From Diplonema japonicum (lineage: Eukaryota; Protista; Euglenozoa: Diplonemea), in NCBI GenBank assembly GCA_964019335.1, contig OZ025711.1, forward strand, positions 1 through 64,000: a stretch of DNA of 64,000 nt, written 5' to 3'. The stretch's first letter is position 1. Each line of letters starts with the position of its first letter. Under the pieces are notes generated by a model. The model was given only the letters and a program-made list of their open reading frames with translations. It was not told where the DNA came from and made no database searches. The position numbers and the translations under genes were made by a program. Positions 1 to 12,075 of the stretch are shown piece by piece.

Positions 1-803
1 TTGTCCCGAAGATGCTTCGAGAAATTTTTCGACTGCAGCGTAAACCTAGCGAAACAGTGACAACAAGCCCGCTGCTTGCGTTTGATCCTGTTTCTCGAAC
101 ACGCCCCGCACATGCTCTTATAACACACCCTGCAGTGATGCTCCCTCCGTGTCACGGTGTACTCGATTGCGCAAATCTCACAGGCACGCAGATGATGGGT
201 CCCTTTTTCAAACTCTTGTTTCCTCTCAGAAACTTCGATATCTGCTGTTTCCCTATTTTCCCGGAGCATCGCTGCTTTCCGACGTTTCAAACTTTCTTCT
301 TTCATTTTCAGTTCTTCATAAGCCAGCGCCCGTTGTTTTGCCTCGGTACACAGATTTTTTACACGGGTGTATTCTGGGTGAAGCGCCCTGAGCTGGTTTT
401 CAAGTTCCAACACCCTGGTTTGAAGGTGCTGTGTATCTTTATCCTTCGATACGTCCCGCTTGTCCTCTCTAGTACCTAGGCCGAATATTTTTCCAACGTC
501 GACAGACCGAACGGAAGACTCCAATGAGTTTAATGATGAAATTCTGTCTCGAGGGGAGGCGGCAAAAACGCCGCTGGGGGTTGGTTCTGGTGTAACGGGG
601 CGGCTTTCAGCGTCGCCGGTTGACAGCTTATCCACGCAGTCCCAGCACACCCTCTTCCCTTCTTCCCGAGACCTTGTGCATTTATCGCAGAACACCTTCC
701 CACAAAGCCTGCAGTGGTGCTTCCTTCTGGTGAGTTTGAAGCCCTTTTCACACCTGGTGCAGCAGTCACCGTCTAACCATTCTGACTTTGGTACAGATTC
801 CAT
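1..803 (-). CDS. FYVE zinc-finger protein, 3' end runs off the window
   Basis: ATG at 803 after an A-run translates MESVPKSEWLDGDCCTRCEKGFKLTRRKHHCRLCGKVFCDKC...RVCWDC, with the FYVE WxxD, R(R/K)HHCR and RVC motifs. Absent from the ORF track, presumably because no stop lies in the window. Confidence 0.9.
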   Translation of the reverse strand, partial: MESVPKSEWLDGDCCTRCEKGFKLTRRKHHCRLCGKVFCDKCTRSREEGKRVCWDCVDKLSTGDAESRPVTPEPTPSGVFAASPRDRISSLNSLESSVRSVDVGKIFGLGTREDKRDVSKDKDTQHLQTRVLELENQLRALHPEYTRVKNLCTEAKQRALAYEELKMKEESLKRRKAAMLRENRETADIEVSERKQEFEKGTHHLRACEICAIEYTVTRREHHCRVCYKSMCGACSRNRIKRKQRACCHCFARFTLQSKNFSKHLRD

Positions 804-2643
804 TTTTTTTTTGTTCTCCTTTTTTTTTTTTTTGTTGGTGCGGTTTGCGAAGGAAAAAAAAAAAAAAAATAGGAAGAAAAAGAAAAAGAAAAAAAAAAAA
901 AAAAGAAAGCAGGTTCTTTTTTTTTTTTTTTTAATTACACCCTCCTCTTCAACTTTTTTTTTTTCCACTTCGATCGCCTCGATTTTATTTTTTCACTCTC
1001 AGAAGAGGGAAAAAAAATAAATCCACATTTTTCTTCGACATGTGTCGGAATGAAGTAAAAAAAAAAAAGAAAAGAAAAAAAGAAAAATAAGACCACTTTA
1101 ATTCACGTCAAAAGAGAGAAAAAGATTTACCCCGAGGCCTTCGGCCTCTCGTAATTTCTTTTTTTTTTTATTCCTCTCGAGTGACAGTTTGTAAATAGCT
1201 ATTATTACTCTGTGCACATCTCTGAATTCCTTTCTTCTTTTTTTTTTTTTTTTCATTAAATTTTTTGCATGTTGAAAAAAAATCAACTCTCTTCTATCAA
1301 CCGAGGCTTTTTTTTTTTTTTTTTTTTTTTTTTTTGGTGCTGACATACCGTAGAAAAAAAATAATAAGAAAAACAGAAAAGAAAGAAGAAAAAATGAGTT
1401 TTTTTTTTTTTTTTTTTTTTCTTACAAAGGAGTAATTATGCCAGATACCAACTTAGGAATCGCCACTAGTCTATTTTTTTTTAATTGTCCCCCTCTCATG
1501 TATTCTTTCTTTTCTTAGCTACCTTTCCCCTTCCTGAAGGGTGGCGTGGGGGGGAAAGATAAAGCCACTGATTTGTGGGAAGGTGAGAAAGTGTCAACAC
1601 CAACCTCCATTTAAAAAAAAAAAAAAAAAAGAAAAAGAAACATCCAACGTTATCAGCAACTTTTTTTTTTAAAAGGGTGTTTGGTAAAGTTCAATAACAC
1701 CCAAGTTTTAATCCACTTTTTTTATTTTTTATTTTTTTTTAAGCCGAAAAGTTTGCTTCTCGGTTTAAAGGGTAACCATGACGGTGGAATTGAAAAACGC
1801 AGGTTATGACAAACAAACCAGATACTTCTCATGTGTTGTCAATGTAATGATGGATTTCTTTTAAAAAAAAAAAGATTACGCATCAAAACTTCTTTCTTTT
1901 TCTCTTCTTAAAAAACAGATTGTTTGTGAATGGGGGAGGGGGGGGGGGGGGGGGGGTGGCTCTTTCTTTTCTCCTTCCTTCTTTGTCTAGACTAGAGCCA
2001 CTAAAAAGAAGAAAAAAAAATAGATTGGATAAATTGAAAGAAAGAAGAAAAGGGCAGGGGAAAAAAAGAAAAGAAAAAGGAAGGGGGAAAAAGAAAAGGC
2101 GGATAGCCATAGCTCCTTTTTCTTTGGTGTTGGTGATTTCTCTTTCATTTTGCCGTAGGCCGCGTTTGCTTGAAGACAAAAAAAAAGAAGAAAAAGTGAG
2201 TGTTTAAAAAAAAAAAAAGAAGGAAAAAAAAAAAACTGGAAGAAAAAAAAGGGGGGGGGAAAGGAAGGTGTTTGTTGTTCCTCTTTCTTCCCTTTTTTTT
2301 CCCCCCCCCTTTCGTTCTTCTTTTCCTCGTTTTGAAGACCTGTATTTTGTTTTCTTTCTTTTTAAGATTTCTCTTGGTTCTTCCAGTTTTCGTGAGTGGA
2401 AAAAAAAAAAGAACAAAAAAAAAAAGAAAGAAACAGATATAACCGAACCTAAAAATTTCCACTAGTGTACTTTCCCCAACAGTTATTGGGGGGGGGAGAA
2501 AAAAAACACACTTTTGTGAGAATTCAGTGGATTTTGAGCGATTCAACAATAAGACAAGGGGATTTTTTTTTTTTTTTTTGAGTGTCCTTCCATATTTCTT
2601 TTTTTTAAAAAAAAAAAAAAACATAATGCCTTTTTAGGAGAGA

Positions 2644-2679
<36 letters not shown>

Positions 2680-2725
2680 AAAGACGAGTGTCTTTTCCAA
2701 TAGAGACCAAAAATAAATATAAAAA

Positions 2726-3478
2726 TCACGTCATCTCACCTTCAGAGAATACAAGCCTGCTGCTGTCCTCACTTTCAGTAGCAGAAGAGTACTGCAAGGT
2801 GCTGCTACTACTAGTTGCACTTATTGAAGGGGATGAACGCGGCGAATGTGTGATCAGATCACCGTCATTTGTCGAATCAGGTGAAGGGGGTCCTTGCAAG
2901 GGTAGTGTTGCATGCCTGTCTGACGTGTTTTCTGACTCAAATCCACGAGAGAAAGGCGGGTTTAAGAGATGCCGAGCAAAAACAGGATGCGACCATACAG
3001 ATGAGGGCTCAGGAGGGACAGGTGTAGCCTTTGCCTGCTTTGGTATTTGCTGTTGCTTCTTCTTGAGCTTCTTCTTGACGATTGCCCGAGCTGTGCGTTC
3101 TTTTTTCTTCCGCTCCGTTCTGAGGTTAGCATTCTCTTTCAAAACATGTATTTCCGATGTCTTCCTTGCAAACCTCTCTTCAATTTCTTCGTTTATAGTG
3201 GCAGACACTTCCCTGTCCACCCATGATAGCCTGCTGCCTACGTCTTTCAGCACCACACCTTTTTTGTTTACGATTCCGTTGTCCTTCAGCCGTTTTCTCC
3301 AGACTTTTTTTTGCCAGTGTCCTGACAATGCCTTATCTACGGCGCCGTCATAGGGGCGCACCACCTTCTCACCGCTGAGGATGAAAACGGGCTTGCTGTT
3401 GCTTCCTGCTGCTGTCCCTGTTGCAGTACCATTTCTGGTATTCCGCACTGCCCTCACAGCGCCCCCATAGCTGTACAT
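2726..3478 (-). CDS. Hypothetical protein (basic coiled-coil, Ser-rich tail)
   Basis: Homopolymer-free ORF starting MYSYGGAV at 3478; the upstream extension in the ORF track is poly-K/F noise. No recognisable domain. Confidence 0.7.
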   Translation of the reverse strand: MYSYGGAVRAVRNTRNGTATGTAAGSNSKPVFILSGEKVVRPYDGAVDKALSGHWQKKVWRKRLKDNGIVNKKGVVLKDVGSRLSWVDREVSATINEEIEERFARKTSEIHVLKENANLRTERKKKERTARAIVKKKLKKKQQQIPKQAKATPVPPEPSSVWSHPVFARHLLNPPFSRGFESENTSDRHATLPLQGPPSPDSTNDGDLITHSPRSSPSISATSSSSTLQYSSATESEDSSRLVFSEGEMT

Positions 3479-3492
3479 TGGCCTGTGTGCGT

Positions 3493-3532
<40 letters not shown>

Positions 3533-4054
3533 TGTTACAAAAAAAAGAAGGAAAAAGCAAAACAAAGTGGAAAGGACGGGAAAAAAAAAAAAAAAAGAAA
3601 AAAAAAAGTGTGTGCGTGTGTTTTGGGCAAGGACAGAAATAGAAACCTGTTTTCAAAAAAAAAAAAAAAAAAAAAAAAAAAAGGAAAAGAAAACACGGAA
3701 AAAAAAAGAATTCATACATGTGGGGGAATCAATTTTTTTTTGGGGGGCTAGATTTTTTTTTGTAGGATAAAAAGGAAACACCACCGGGGTCCACGAATTC
3801 TGAAAAAAAAAAAAATATATATGAGATAAAAAGAGAAAAAAATATGTGGAGGGGGACTGAAGACAAAAGAAAAAAAAATACTTTAGAAAAAAATTTGTGG
3901 GATCATTAATTTCCCTTCTATTATTTTCTTTTTTTTTTTTACTGGATCAAAATCTTACTAAATCAATATATAGGTGTGTTACCCTGAGTAACGGGTCATA
4001 TGGCCCATTATTCGCTATTTGTCACAGGGATTTCTGAACCAAAATCCAACAGCA

Positions 4055-4091
<37 letters not shown>

Positions 4092-4429
4092 AAAACCCTG
4101 TTTTGAAGACGGGTTTACGCACAGCATCCCGTAGAAAAGAGATTTCTGTCTCGGGCTGCTTGCTGCCGACTTTTGACAAATTAACACTTTGTAACATTGT
4201 AGCGAATAATTAACCATATAGAGACGAAAAAAAAAAAGAAAAAAAAAAAAAAAAGAGAGAGAAAAAAAAAAACAATATTCTACCAAACCAAGCTTCTTTC
4301 CCCTACTCCCCCCCCCCCCCCCCCCATCCCCGATTTTCTAAAAAATCAACATTTATTTTTTTTTTCCCCCTCTTGATAAAACTACAAATAGGCAAGGTCA
4401 CGGGGACGTATTTTTCTTCTTTTTTTTTT

Positions 4430-5202
4430 TCACGCTTTTGGCTGCCATGTTGAGGTCACGGGGACATACGTACTCTCCACTGGAATATACTGTGACTGTG
4501 GCTGGTGAACAGGCTGTACAGGCATGTATTCAACACCACTAGAAACCACCGGCCGCTCAGACGACAAAGGAGGGCGAGAAAGGTCAGAATCAAAGCCACA
4601 CGCATGCTGCAGCTCCTGCAGTTTGTCAATGTGGGCTTGCGCGGTAAGACCAATTTCGTTCAAGAGCCCTGCAGTCGTATCCTCACGGGCTGCCTTCAGA
4701 CCCGCCCTGATGCTGTTTACCTTTTCCCTTAAAATGTTGAACGAGCCCATGTATGGCCCACCAGCACCATGATTTTGCAGAATAATGCTGCTCAAGTAGG
4801 ACGTCGCATCTACCACCAAAACACCGTCCTCAGCCTCCTCTTTAACAGAGATTAATACAACGTTAGGCTGATCCTTGTATTTCTTTAGGTCATCAGCGGT
4901 CAGATTGTTCACAATGACCACCCCAACCCAGTTTCTAGGGACGTCTGTCCCAGCATCGACCTCCCTGATTTCCATATCGTCGGGGAAGAGCCCGGGGCCC
5001 TTCACCTCAATGTTCTGTGTCCCGTCTTCCGTGACGCGTTGCATCACTTCCTCCATCCTCTTCTTGACTTGGAAGACCGGGAGGCCGCTTAAATCAACAA
5101 TTACATCTTCTACTAAGTAACATGTTGCGCCTTCGGGCTGGTTTTGCACCGTGTATCGCAGCCCGGGGGGCTTGGTGGGCAGAAGCGGGGTTCCAAGCAT
5201 CT

Positions 5203-5263
<61 letters not shown>

Positions 5264-7016
5264 AGAAAACTTCTAACTTGACCCCTAAGTTCGAGAAATG
5301 CTCAAAATCCACCCCCTTAGTTTGAGAAATGATTCAAGGTCTATCTTTAAGGAGGAAAAAGTTTCTGATCCAGTCCCCAAGGTTTCTTAAATCTTCAAAA
5401 AAAAACTCATACTCAACCCTAAGCTTTAAAATGCGTGAATCCAGTCCCCTTAGTTTCATAAATGCTCAAAGTAGACCCCCTTGGTTTTCAAAATGTTCAA
5501 ATCCGGACCCCTTAGTTTCGGAAATACACAACCTGGGCCCCCGATGTTTCATAAATGCTCAACAACATTTTTTCACCCCAACATTTCCTACAGCTCTTTT
5601 CCCCATCATTATATCACAAAAACCAATCCTGGCTTTCTTTTTTTTTTTATTTCTTTTTTTTTTTTTTTTATAGTTTGATGAAGAAGTGGCAGAGTACCTG
5701 AGAGCCATTTACACCGACGGGAAGCACCAAGTCGACCTCAGAGGGACGTTCATCGTTGACGCTAAAGCAGAGCTGCTCTTGCCCTCTCTTCAGGAGAGAA
5801 GGGCTTCTTTGCACGCATCTCAGTACAGCCTGCTCAAAAGAGAGCATCGATGTCCTTGGCATGGTTGCCCCATTTCTTCGATGTGGCTTTCATCGGCTTG
5901 CATACGCGGGTATCCTCCTCCCTTTACCGCCCATTTTCAACAAAGGTGTAGGGAGGAAAAAGAAGAGGATCCCCAGCAAGAGCGAAAGGAAGAATGCCTG
6001 CAGTCGTTGCGGTGTTCTTGGCCACAAGATTTCGGCGTGCACCCACTCTCCTGATCTCCAAGAAGAAGCAAAGGTTTTCTTTTAAATGCTAACTAAGGGG
6101 TTGACTTTGAGCGGTTTCCCACGGGGCCTAGTTAGGGCATTTGAAAACCTGAGGGGGCGGACTTTGAACACTTTGGAAACTTAGGGGGCGGGATTTGAGC
6201 GTTTTGAAGACTTAGGGGGTGGACTTTGAGCATTTTGGAAATCTAGGGGGCGGAATTTGAGCGTTTCAGAAACTTAGGGGTCGAGTTAGGACTCTACCCT
6301 TTTTCTTTTTTCTTTTTTTTTTTTTTCCCGTCTGAACACACCGCATTGATGACAGATGTCTTACCCGTGTTGGGAGCACCTATAACTGCAACGACTGTGG
6401 AGCTCGGGGGAATTCTGTGGAGTTTTTTTTTTTTTTTTTTTTTTTTTTGGAAAACCCGTCCATACTCGTCAAGCAGTTTCTTGTAGTTCTCAATCTCCCC
6501 GGTTGGGCTCGCGGTCGATTCCAAGACGTACTTGGTGTTTTCCAACGTCTCGTCCAGGTGCTTGTTCTGCGGAGACGGGGGCAGTGCGGCGGAAGCCGCG
6601 GTGGGCTGCACCGTAGGAGGCACGACAAGACCCCCTTCAGAGGTGGCCTCAATGTCACGGAGTTCGGGTGTGGGTGAGGTCGTTGGTGCTTTGCGTGTAA
6701 TGGTTCTGGCTGCTTCTGTCAGCAGGCTGCTGGTTTTGGTGAAGATATCAGCGAGGACAGATCTGCTTTCATTCTGCCTTTGCCTTTCCGCGTCCAGCTG
6801 GTTGTGCATCGCGATGGTTTCGTCATCAATGACTGCAGGCTGTACAGGGGCTGCCTCCGCTGCCTCCGGTTCCTCCTGCTGACCCGTTGCTTCCAGGGCC
6901 AGAAAGTGATTCACACTGTTGTCGAAGCCCTCCCTCTCCAGCACCTTCTTCACTTCTTCCCTGGCGACACCTGGGAACATGTCCACAAGCATGGCTTCAA
7001 CAACCGTGGGATCCAT
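4430..7016 (-). CDS. CUE-domain protein with dynamin-like P-loop; exons 7016-6466, 6414-6342, 5200-4430
   Basis: N-terminal LVDMFPGV...VKKVL...NHFL is CUE-like. Removing introns 6415-6465 (GTATGG..CAG) and 5201-6341 (GTGTGT..CAG) gives VAVIGAPNTGKTSVINA|MLGTPLLP, a continuous G1 motif typical of dynamin-like GTPases. Confidence 0.8.
5263..6299 (+). mobile_element. Non-autonomous Mutator-like (MULE/foldback) transposon inside an intron
   Basis: Imperfect terminal inverted repeats (GAGAAAACTTCTAACTTGACCCCTAAGTT vs reverse complement GGGTAGAGTCCTAACTCGACCCCTAAGTT) built from about 31-bp tandem units. Core encodes a SWIM finger (CSCPLFRREGLLCTH) and a zinc knuckle (CSRCGVLGHKISAC). Flanked by T-runs. 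Confidence 0.8.
5686..6085 (+). pseudogene. MULE transposase C-terminal fragment (SWIM + CCHC), frameshifted near 5760
   Basis: The ...TFIVD frame switches to TLKQSCSC...; SWIM, GRKKKRI and CxxCxxxGH motifs occur in the order typical of Mutator transposases. No DDE domain seen. Confidence 0.7.
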
Positions 7017-8672
7017 TTTTTTTTTTTTTTGTTGTGTGTGTATTGGGAGGTGTCTAGTACATAGTTCGTTTTGTTGGGAGAGCTTGTCGAGATAAGAAGT
7101 ATTTGCGAGCGGTACAGGATTGGGTTGGACCTACCTACCCCATGCCAGATCCTCAGCGACGGTCCTGCGTCGATCGTTTGTTTGAGATGGTCTATACGAG
7201 CCGTAAGAAGGGGATGGTGACCTTGCTGAGTTGTGGCAAAAGGAGTGATGATAGAGCTGCACATGATTAGGATTGATAAAGGTTTCATTTTTTTTTAAAA
7301 AAAAAATAATAATAATAAAATAATAAGAGAAAGACAAAGCTATGCACAAGAATGGGAGGGGAAAAAAAGGATTTACTGGGGAGGGACGGGGAAGAAAGAA
7401 GAAAAAAAAGGGGGGGGAAAAAAAACCAATTTTACTGTGATCGGGGGGAGGGGAGTACATAGGACGTAGGTGTGGCAAGGAGAGGCAAAAATGTTTCTTT
7501 TTTAAAAAAAAAAAAGGAGACAGGGGGAAAAAGACTAGGGAGGGGGGAGGGCTTGGAGAAAAAAAATTTTCTTTTGTGTGAGCTTTTGTGAGCTCCCTTC
7601 CTTTTTTTTTTTTTTTTTCCCCTCCTTCTTTTTTTTTTTTCTTTTCTTCTTTACATTTTCTTTCTTTTATACTATCCCCCTCCCTCTCCAAACTTTTTTA
7701 TTTATTTATTTTTTTTTTTTTTTTCCTTTCTCGATTGACAGAAACGTAACTTTGAACAGAAGGGAAAGGAGGAGGGGGGGAGGGTGAGGAGAGAAGGAAC
7801 ACCTATAAAGAAAACAAGATAAAAGACACGGCATCTCACCACCCGTGGAAGCCTTAGGAAAAAAAAAAAAGAAAAAAAAAAAGAGTCGGTTTATTGTTGT
7901 TTGTGCACAGCCGGGATAAACCTGTAGAAGGATAAGCCCAACAATGCCACCACTACTCTTTTTTTTTTTTTTTTTTTCCAGCAACAACAATTTATCAATA
8001 AATTAATAAACTGCTTTTTCTTGTTCAAGCAAAAAAAAGGGGGGGGTGGAGGGGAATCCTTTCTGATACTTATAAAAAAAAATCTTTCAAATCTCACTTC
8101 AAGTTCTCATCTTCTGCTTTCTACACATATTTTTTTTGCCCCCCCTCCAAAAAGATTTTTTTGGGGAGGCAGGAAGAAAGAAGAGAAAAAATAAAATGAT
8201 TTCTATCTCCCTTAAAGGACTACTAGTCAATTCTTTTTAAAATACAAAAAAAAAAAAAGTAGTAAAAATAAAGTACTAATGGATCAAGCGTGCTTTGAGT
8301 GAGCTAGATAGACTGGCACGCATGCATGAGATTTTTTTTTTTTTTTTTTTGAGACCTGGCTTTAGGAATGCATGCTTTGCAGGCCAGGTATTTCCAAACA
8401 GTGTATTTTCCCGTCCTTTAAGAAGTAACAGAATCCATTCCAACTTTTGAAATATTTCATGCAGAGAAGAGAAAGAAGAGAAAAAAAAAATCCCGACCTG
8501 GCAAAGGAGAGAGGCTATAAAAAGAAAATAAAAATAAAAAGAAAAATAAAAATAAGACTTCATAGCCCCTCCCCTGTCTGAAACTCACGTTTTCCTTGTT
8601 CTTCTTCTTATTTTTCAACGAACGAAAAGAAGAGAAAGGAGAGACAAAAAAAAAAAAAAAAAACTCGATGAT

Positions 8673-8980
8673 TTAAAGGAAACCGGTGGGGGCACCCTGC
8701 ACAAGCACCATTTACTTGATTACAAGGGGCGCACCTCGGCCTAGCTGTAGCTTCTTTTGCGTTCCGCGTCGTGTCCTTAATGCGTGCGGTGTGCAGCTCA
8801 ACCCCAGCCGGGGCGCCCCGGGTAACCAAGATTCTGAGCCCGTGTAGTTTGCTGCCTGTTCGCCACCCAGAGCATCTGCTTCTTCCACTTGGGCGCTACC
8901 GGTGATGACCGACGGGGAGGTCAACAGCGAACAACACATCTGATGTACTTCTTTATATTTCCATGTTTTCCCCACCACCT
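8673..8980. repeat. About 300-bp GC-rich dispersed repeat, copy A
   Basis: Aligns along its full length with 12760-13073; both start TTAAAGGA and end CCCCACCACC followed by an A-rich run. Confidence 0.85.
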
Positions 8981-9253
8981 GAAAAAAAGAAAAAGAAGAA
9001 AGGAGGGAAGGGTTGGTGGGGAAACATAACCCAGACAATGCCTCTATCATTTTTTTTTTTTTTTTTTTTTTTTTGCCTTACCTTTTGGAAGAAGAGAGAA
9101 AAAAAAAAAAGAAAAAAAGAAAAAAAAAAAACTTAACACGAACCAGATATAATATATAAAAAAAAAAAAAAACAAAGAGATGAAGTAAAATGCGCGACTT
9201 TTTTTTTTTTTTTTTTTTTTAAATTTCTGTGCCCTGTTTATTTCAAGAGGGAC

Positions 9254-11692
9254 CTAAACCGCAGCTTCTTGCTTCAGCTGCTGAAGCCACAACGAAGCCT
9301 CTTCGCGTTGATGTGTCATCTTTGCAAGCGACTTGTCAATAGGTTCGACATTCTCTGTCCTCCGTGCACGCGGGGGCTGGCTGCCCAAAGGGCGAGTAGA
9401 GAGAGAAAGATTGAAAGTCGACGATAGATAAGCTATATCCGAAGGGGTGAGCAAAGGCCCAGCCTCGGGCCCATCAGTAAGCGCAGATTTTACCCAAGCA
9501 TTATGCGCCTTAACAACGTTCCCCTGCCGAGCCTGCGCCTCCTGCGTCACGCTTGTTTTCGGAGCCGTATCATGTGCCTTCTGAACCCAATTCGTAACTG
9601 GAGCAATGCCTATTTGTTGCTGTGGATAAGGTGGGTGTTTTGAAGGCGCGGTTCTCATCCTTGGCAACGGGGAGTTTTTTTTCGGTGTAACACCATCGAT
9701 ATGCTTAAAAGGAAGCGGCGACACATCAAGCCCTTGACACATTCTAACCTGCTCTTGCTTCTTTTTTCTCAATGACGACATTTCAGGCGGCGGAACAGAA
9801 GACGCATCCTGCCAGGCAGGTCGTTCCTTCTTTCGAAGAAGCGATGCCGGCCGACCCACCAAAACTGAAGCAGCAGCCTCGGAACTTGTAACAGGCTGCT
9901 GCCGTCTTTGAACCCGCCTCTTTGGCGATTTGTGCATAACATCTCCGGTTGGACCGTCGCCCGAAAATACTGACAGGGTTTGCTGACGCCTTGTAAATAA
10001 TGAAGCTGCGATGTATGCTTCTTGACGGCCCTTTCTTTCTTCTCGTTTTCGCGACACTGCCGAACCAACCGGAACAGACCCGGTATCTCGTTCACGTTGA
10101 GCATGTGAAGCTTTTCGTGAAGCAGCACGCAGCTTCGAGGCCAATGGATGATGATATCCCAAATGTTCTGTTATCTTACTGGCAGCTAGTTGGTACGAAG
10201 CGATATGACTCTCATACATCTTACAGTGCTCCTGCTCCACGGCTATGCTGTGGTATGAGAGTGCAACAAGCGTTTCCAGAGTCATCTGATCAGACGACAT
10301 ATTTGAAATATTCGAAGGTACCGAAGCGGCTCTTGTTGGGTTCGATAGTTTTTGCGGCCGTGCGGGTGGTGGTGGTGGCGTGCCCGCTTTTCGAGGAGAT
10401 TTTTTTCCATGTTGAGTCAGCATTGTCACCATCGTACTGTGCAGAACCATGTGCTTTCTAAACCACGTTTGAACCCGCAACGCTGCGAAGGTGGCGTTTT
10501 GCGAATATTCCCCCCCGCGTTCAGCGGCCAATTTCAAACACATTTCTTTTCGAGCGTCCACCGTTTCAATCTTCCGTTGTTTCGTGATTTCCCTCCATTC
10601 TTGTTGTGTTTTTCGCATCGGTGTTGTGGGGACCGACACCGCACACCCTAATATTAATTGTTCTGATTGGGATAATTCCGTGTTTTCCAGTATTTTTTCC
10701 ACGGTTGTTGAGATGGGATTGCTGTGCGTCGGTGAATCGTCAGGTGGTGTGGTTCCGCTTGACACGATCTGGAGGTATTGGGAGAGCGAAGGGTGTTTTG
10801 TTTGAACGGATTCCCATGCGTTGGCCGAGGTGTCCACAGACTCGAGATTTTTAACATCGTCTGATGCGGCGGGTGGTAAGGGTGATAGATCATTGCCACC
10901 GTCGTGCCCTTCCGCTTCTTTATATGCCCGAGTAGCTTCGTCGGCTAGCTTTTTGATGTCGTCCGTTGGCTGTACTGGGGTTTGAATTTTATCAGAACCG
11001 ATTAGAAGTAGCGACATCCCGCTTCCCCCGTGCTGCCGCTGCTGGGAATTCGGTCTGCTCGATGCAACTTTCCCATCAACCTCCGTCTTAGTTATACGAT
11101 CTGGTTTTTGTTGCCGTGATGTCAAACTGCCCTCTGTTCCCTGTAGTTGCCGTGCGTGTTGTAAGGCCGTGTAGGCGTACTTCAACGCTGGCCTGTGCAG
11201 TCCTAACGAGGAATTTAACGCGCAAAGATTGAGGAAACACCTTGGAAGTTCTTCAACAACAGACAGTTTCAAAAAAAGCATCGCGGACTTCTCCGCGTAT
11301 CGAAGCCCGCAGAGCGGTTTTCCCATCATTTGTTTCAGGACGGAGTACAACGTGAACATTTTTGCCCTGTACAGTAACCTTCGTTCGTTTGATTCCGTGT
11401 GGACTAAAGGTCGGGATGTTAGGTTTTCCAGAGCAAGTAAGTATGAGGCTGCGTTTTGTTTATTTCCCAGGTCCAGGTGGCCCTGTGCAATTACGTAGTT
11501 GAGTGCGGCGATATTGAGGTATCTGTCCTCCACGGCCTTGCTCTTCTCCCCGTACTCCTTCCTGCATAGTTCTAGCGATCTGACGTGGAAGTCCAGTGAC
11601 TCTAGATATTTCCCTTCTTTTTCCAACTTCTCGCACACCCCTGTGACCTCATGCAGCATTTGCCGTACATTGTCAGCATTTTCTTTGTCCAT
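9254..11692 (-). CDS. TPR-like repeat protein with IQ motif and long disordered tail
   Basis: Starts MDKENADNVR at 11692. TPR-like helices (GKYLESLDFHVRSLEL; LNLCALNSSLGLHRPALKYA; SYHSIAVEQEH) and IQ-like AALRVQTWFRKH. Confidence 0.8.
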   Translation of the reverse strand: MDKENADNVRQMLHEVTGVCEKLEKEGKYLESLDFHVRSLELCRKEYGEKSKAVEDRYLNIAALNYVIAQGHLDLGNKQNAASYLLALENLTSRPLVHTESNERRLLYRAKMFTLYSVLKQMMGKPLCGLRYAEKSAMLFLKLSVVEELPRCFLNLCALNSSLGLHRPALKYAYTALQHARQLQGTEGSLTSRQQKPDRITKTEVDGKVASSRPNSQQRQHGGSGMSLLLIGSDKIQTPVQPTDDIKKLADEATRAYKEAEGHDGGNDLSPLPPAASDDVKNLESVDTSANAWESVQTKHPSLSQYLQIVSSGTTPPDDSPTHSNPISTTVEKILENTELSQSEQLILGCAVSVPTTPMRKTQQEWREITKQRKIETVDARKEMCLKLAAERGGEYSQNATFAALRVQTWFRKHMVLHSTMVTMLTQHGKKSPRKAGTPPPPPARPQKLSNPTRAASVPSNISNMSSDQMTLETLVALSYHSIAVEQEHCKMYESHIASYQLAASKITEHLGYHHPLASKLRAASRKASHAQRERDTGSVPVGSAVSRKREERKGRQEAYIAASLFTRRQQTLSVFSGDGPTGDVMHKSPKRRVQRRQQPVTSSEAAASVLVGRPASLLRKKERPAWQDASSVPPPEMSSLRKKKQEQVRMCQGLDVSPLPFKHIDGVTPKKNSPLPRMRTAPSKHPPYPQQQIGIAPVTNWVQKAHDTAPKTSVTQEAQARQGNVVKAHNAWVKSALTDGPEAGPLLTPSDIAYLSSTFNLSLSTRPLGSQPPRARRTENVEPIDKSLAKMTHQREEASLWLQQLKQEAAV

Positions 11693-11755
11693 GCACCCGG
11701 GTGGGGTATGGGGGGGGAGGGGGGGCAGCGAAACTTCCTTTTTTTTTGTTTTGAT

Positions 11756-11794
<39 letters not shown>

Positions 11795-11902
11795 CGTATT
11801 AAAAAAAAAAAAAATAATAAATAAATAAATAATTCGAAGGTAGTCGAAGAACGAATGGGTGAACAAAAAAAAAATGAAAGGAAGAATAGGAGAAATATTA
11901 AA

Positions 11903-12042
11903 ATAACGCTCCGTATCTCTAAAACCCCGTTTCAGGAAAGTCCTAAAAAGAAAAAAAAAAGAAAATGGCTCGAAGGGCGCTGTAGCAAGAATTTGTGAAA
12001 AATCTGCAACCCGGCTTCTTCATTGGATAAAAAAAAAAAAAG

Positions 12043-12075
<33 letters not shown>

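Noticed and set aside
1294-1348. GTATGT-poly(A)-TAG intron-like segment upstream of the FYVE gene
   Set aside because: It matches the intron style, but there is no coding frame to validate it; it may be a UTR intron.
5280-6290. TTAGGG/CCCTAA-like motifs as interstitial telomere
   Set aside because: They are single motifs within about 31-bp transposon arm units, not tandem hexamers.
6950-7288. ORF MKPLSILIM... upstream of the CUE gene
   Set aside because: It has an A-run before the ATG but runs out of frame into the CUE gene and shows no motif; could be UTR.
8212-8421. Kolobok-type MITE (TTAA|AGGAC ... GTCCT|TTAA)
   Set aside because: The inverted match is only 5 bp beyond TTAA, which cannot be distinguished from chance without other copies.
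8673-8980. 7SL/SRP RNA, RNase MRP or a C/D snoRNA within the 300-bp repeat
   Set aside because: The SRP-like CCAAGUGGAAGAAGCAG is disrupted by an insertion in copy B. No MRP GAAAGUCCCC motif is present. The plus-strand GTGATGA..CTGA pair spans only about 42 nt and is antisense to the cluster.
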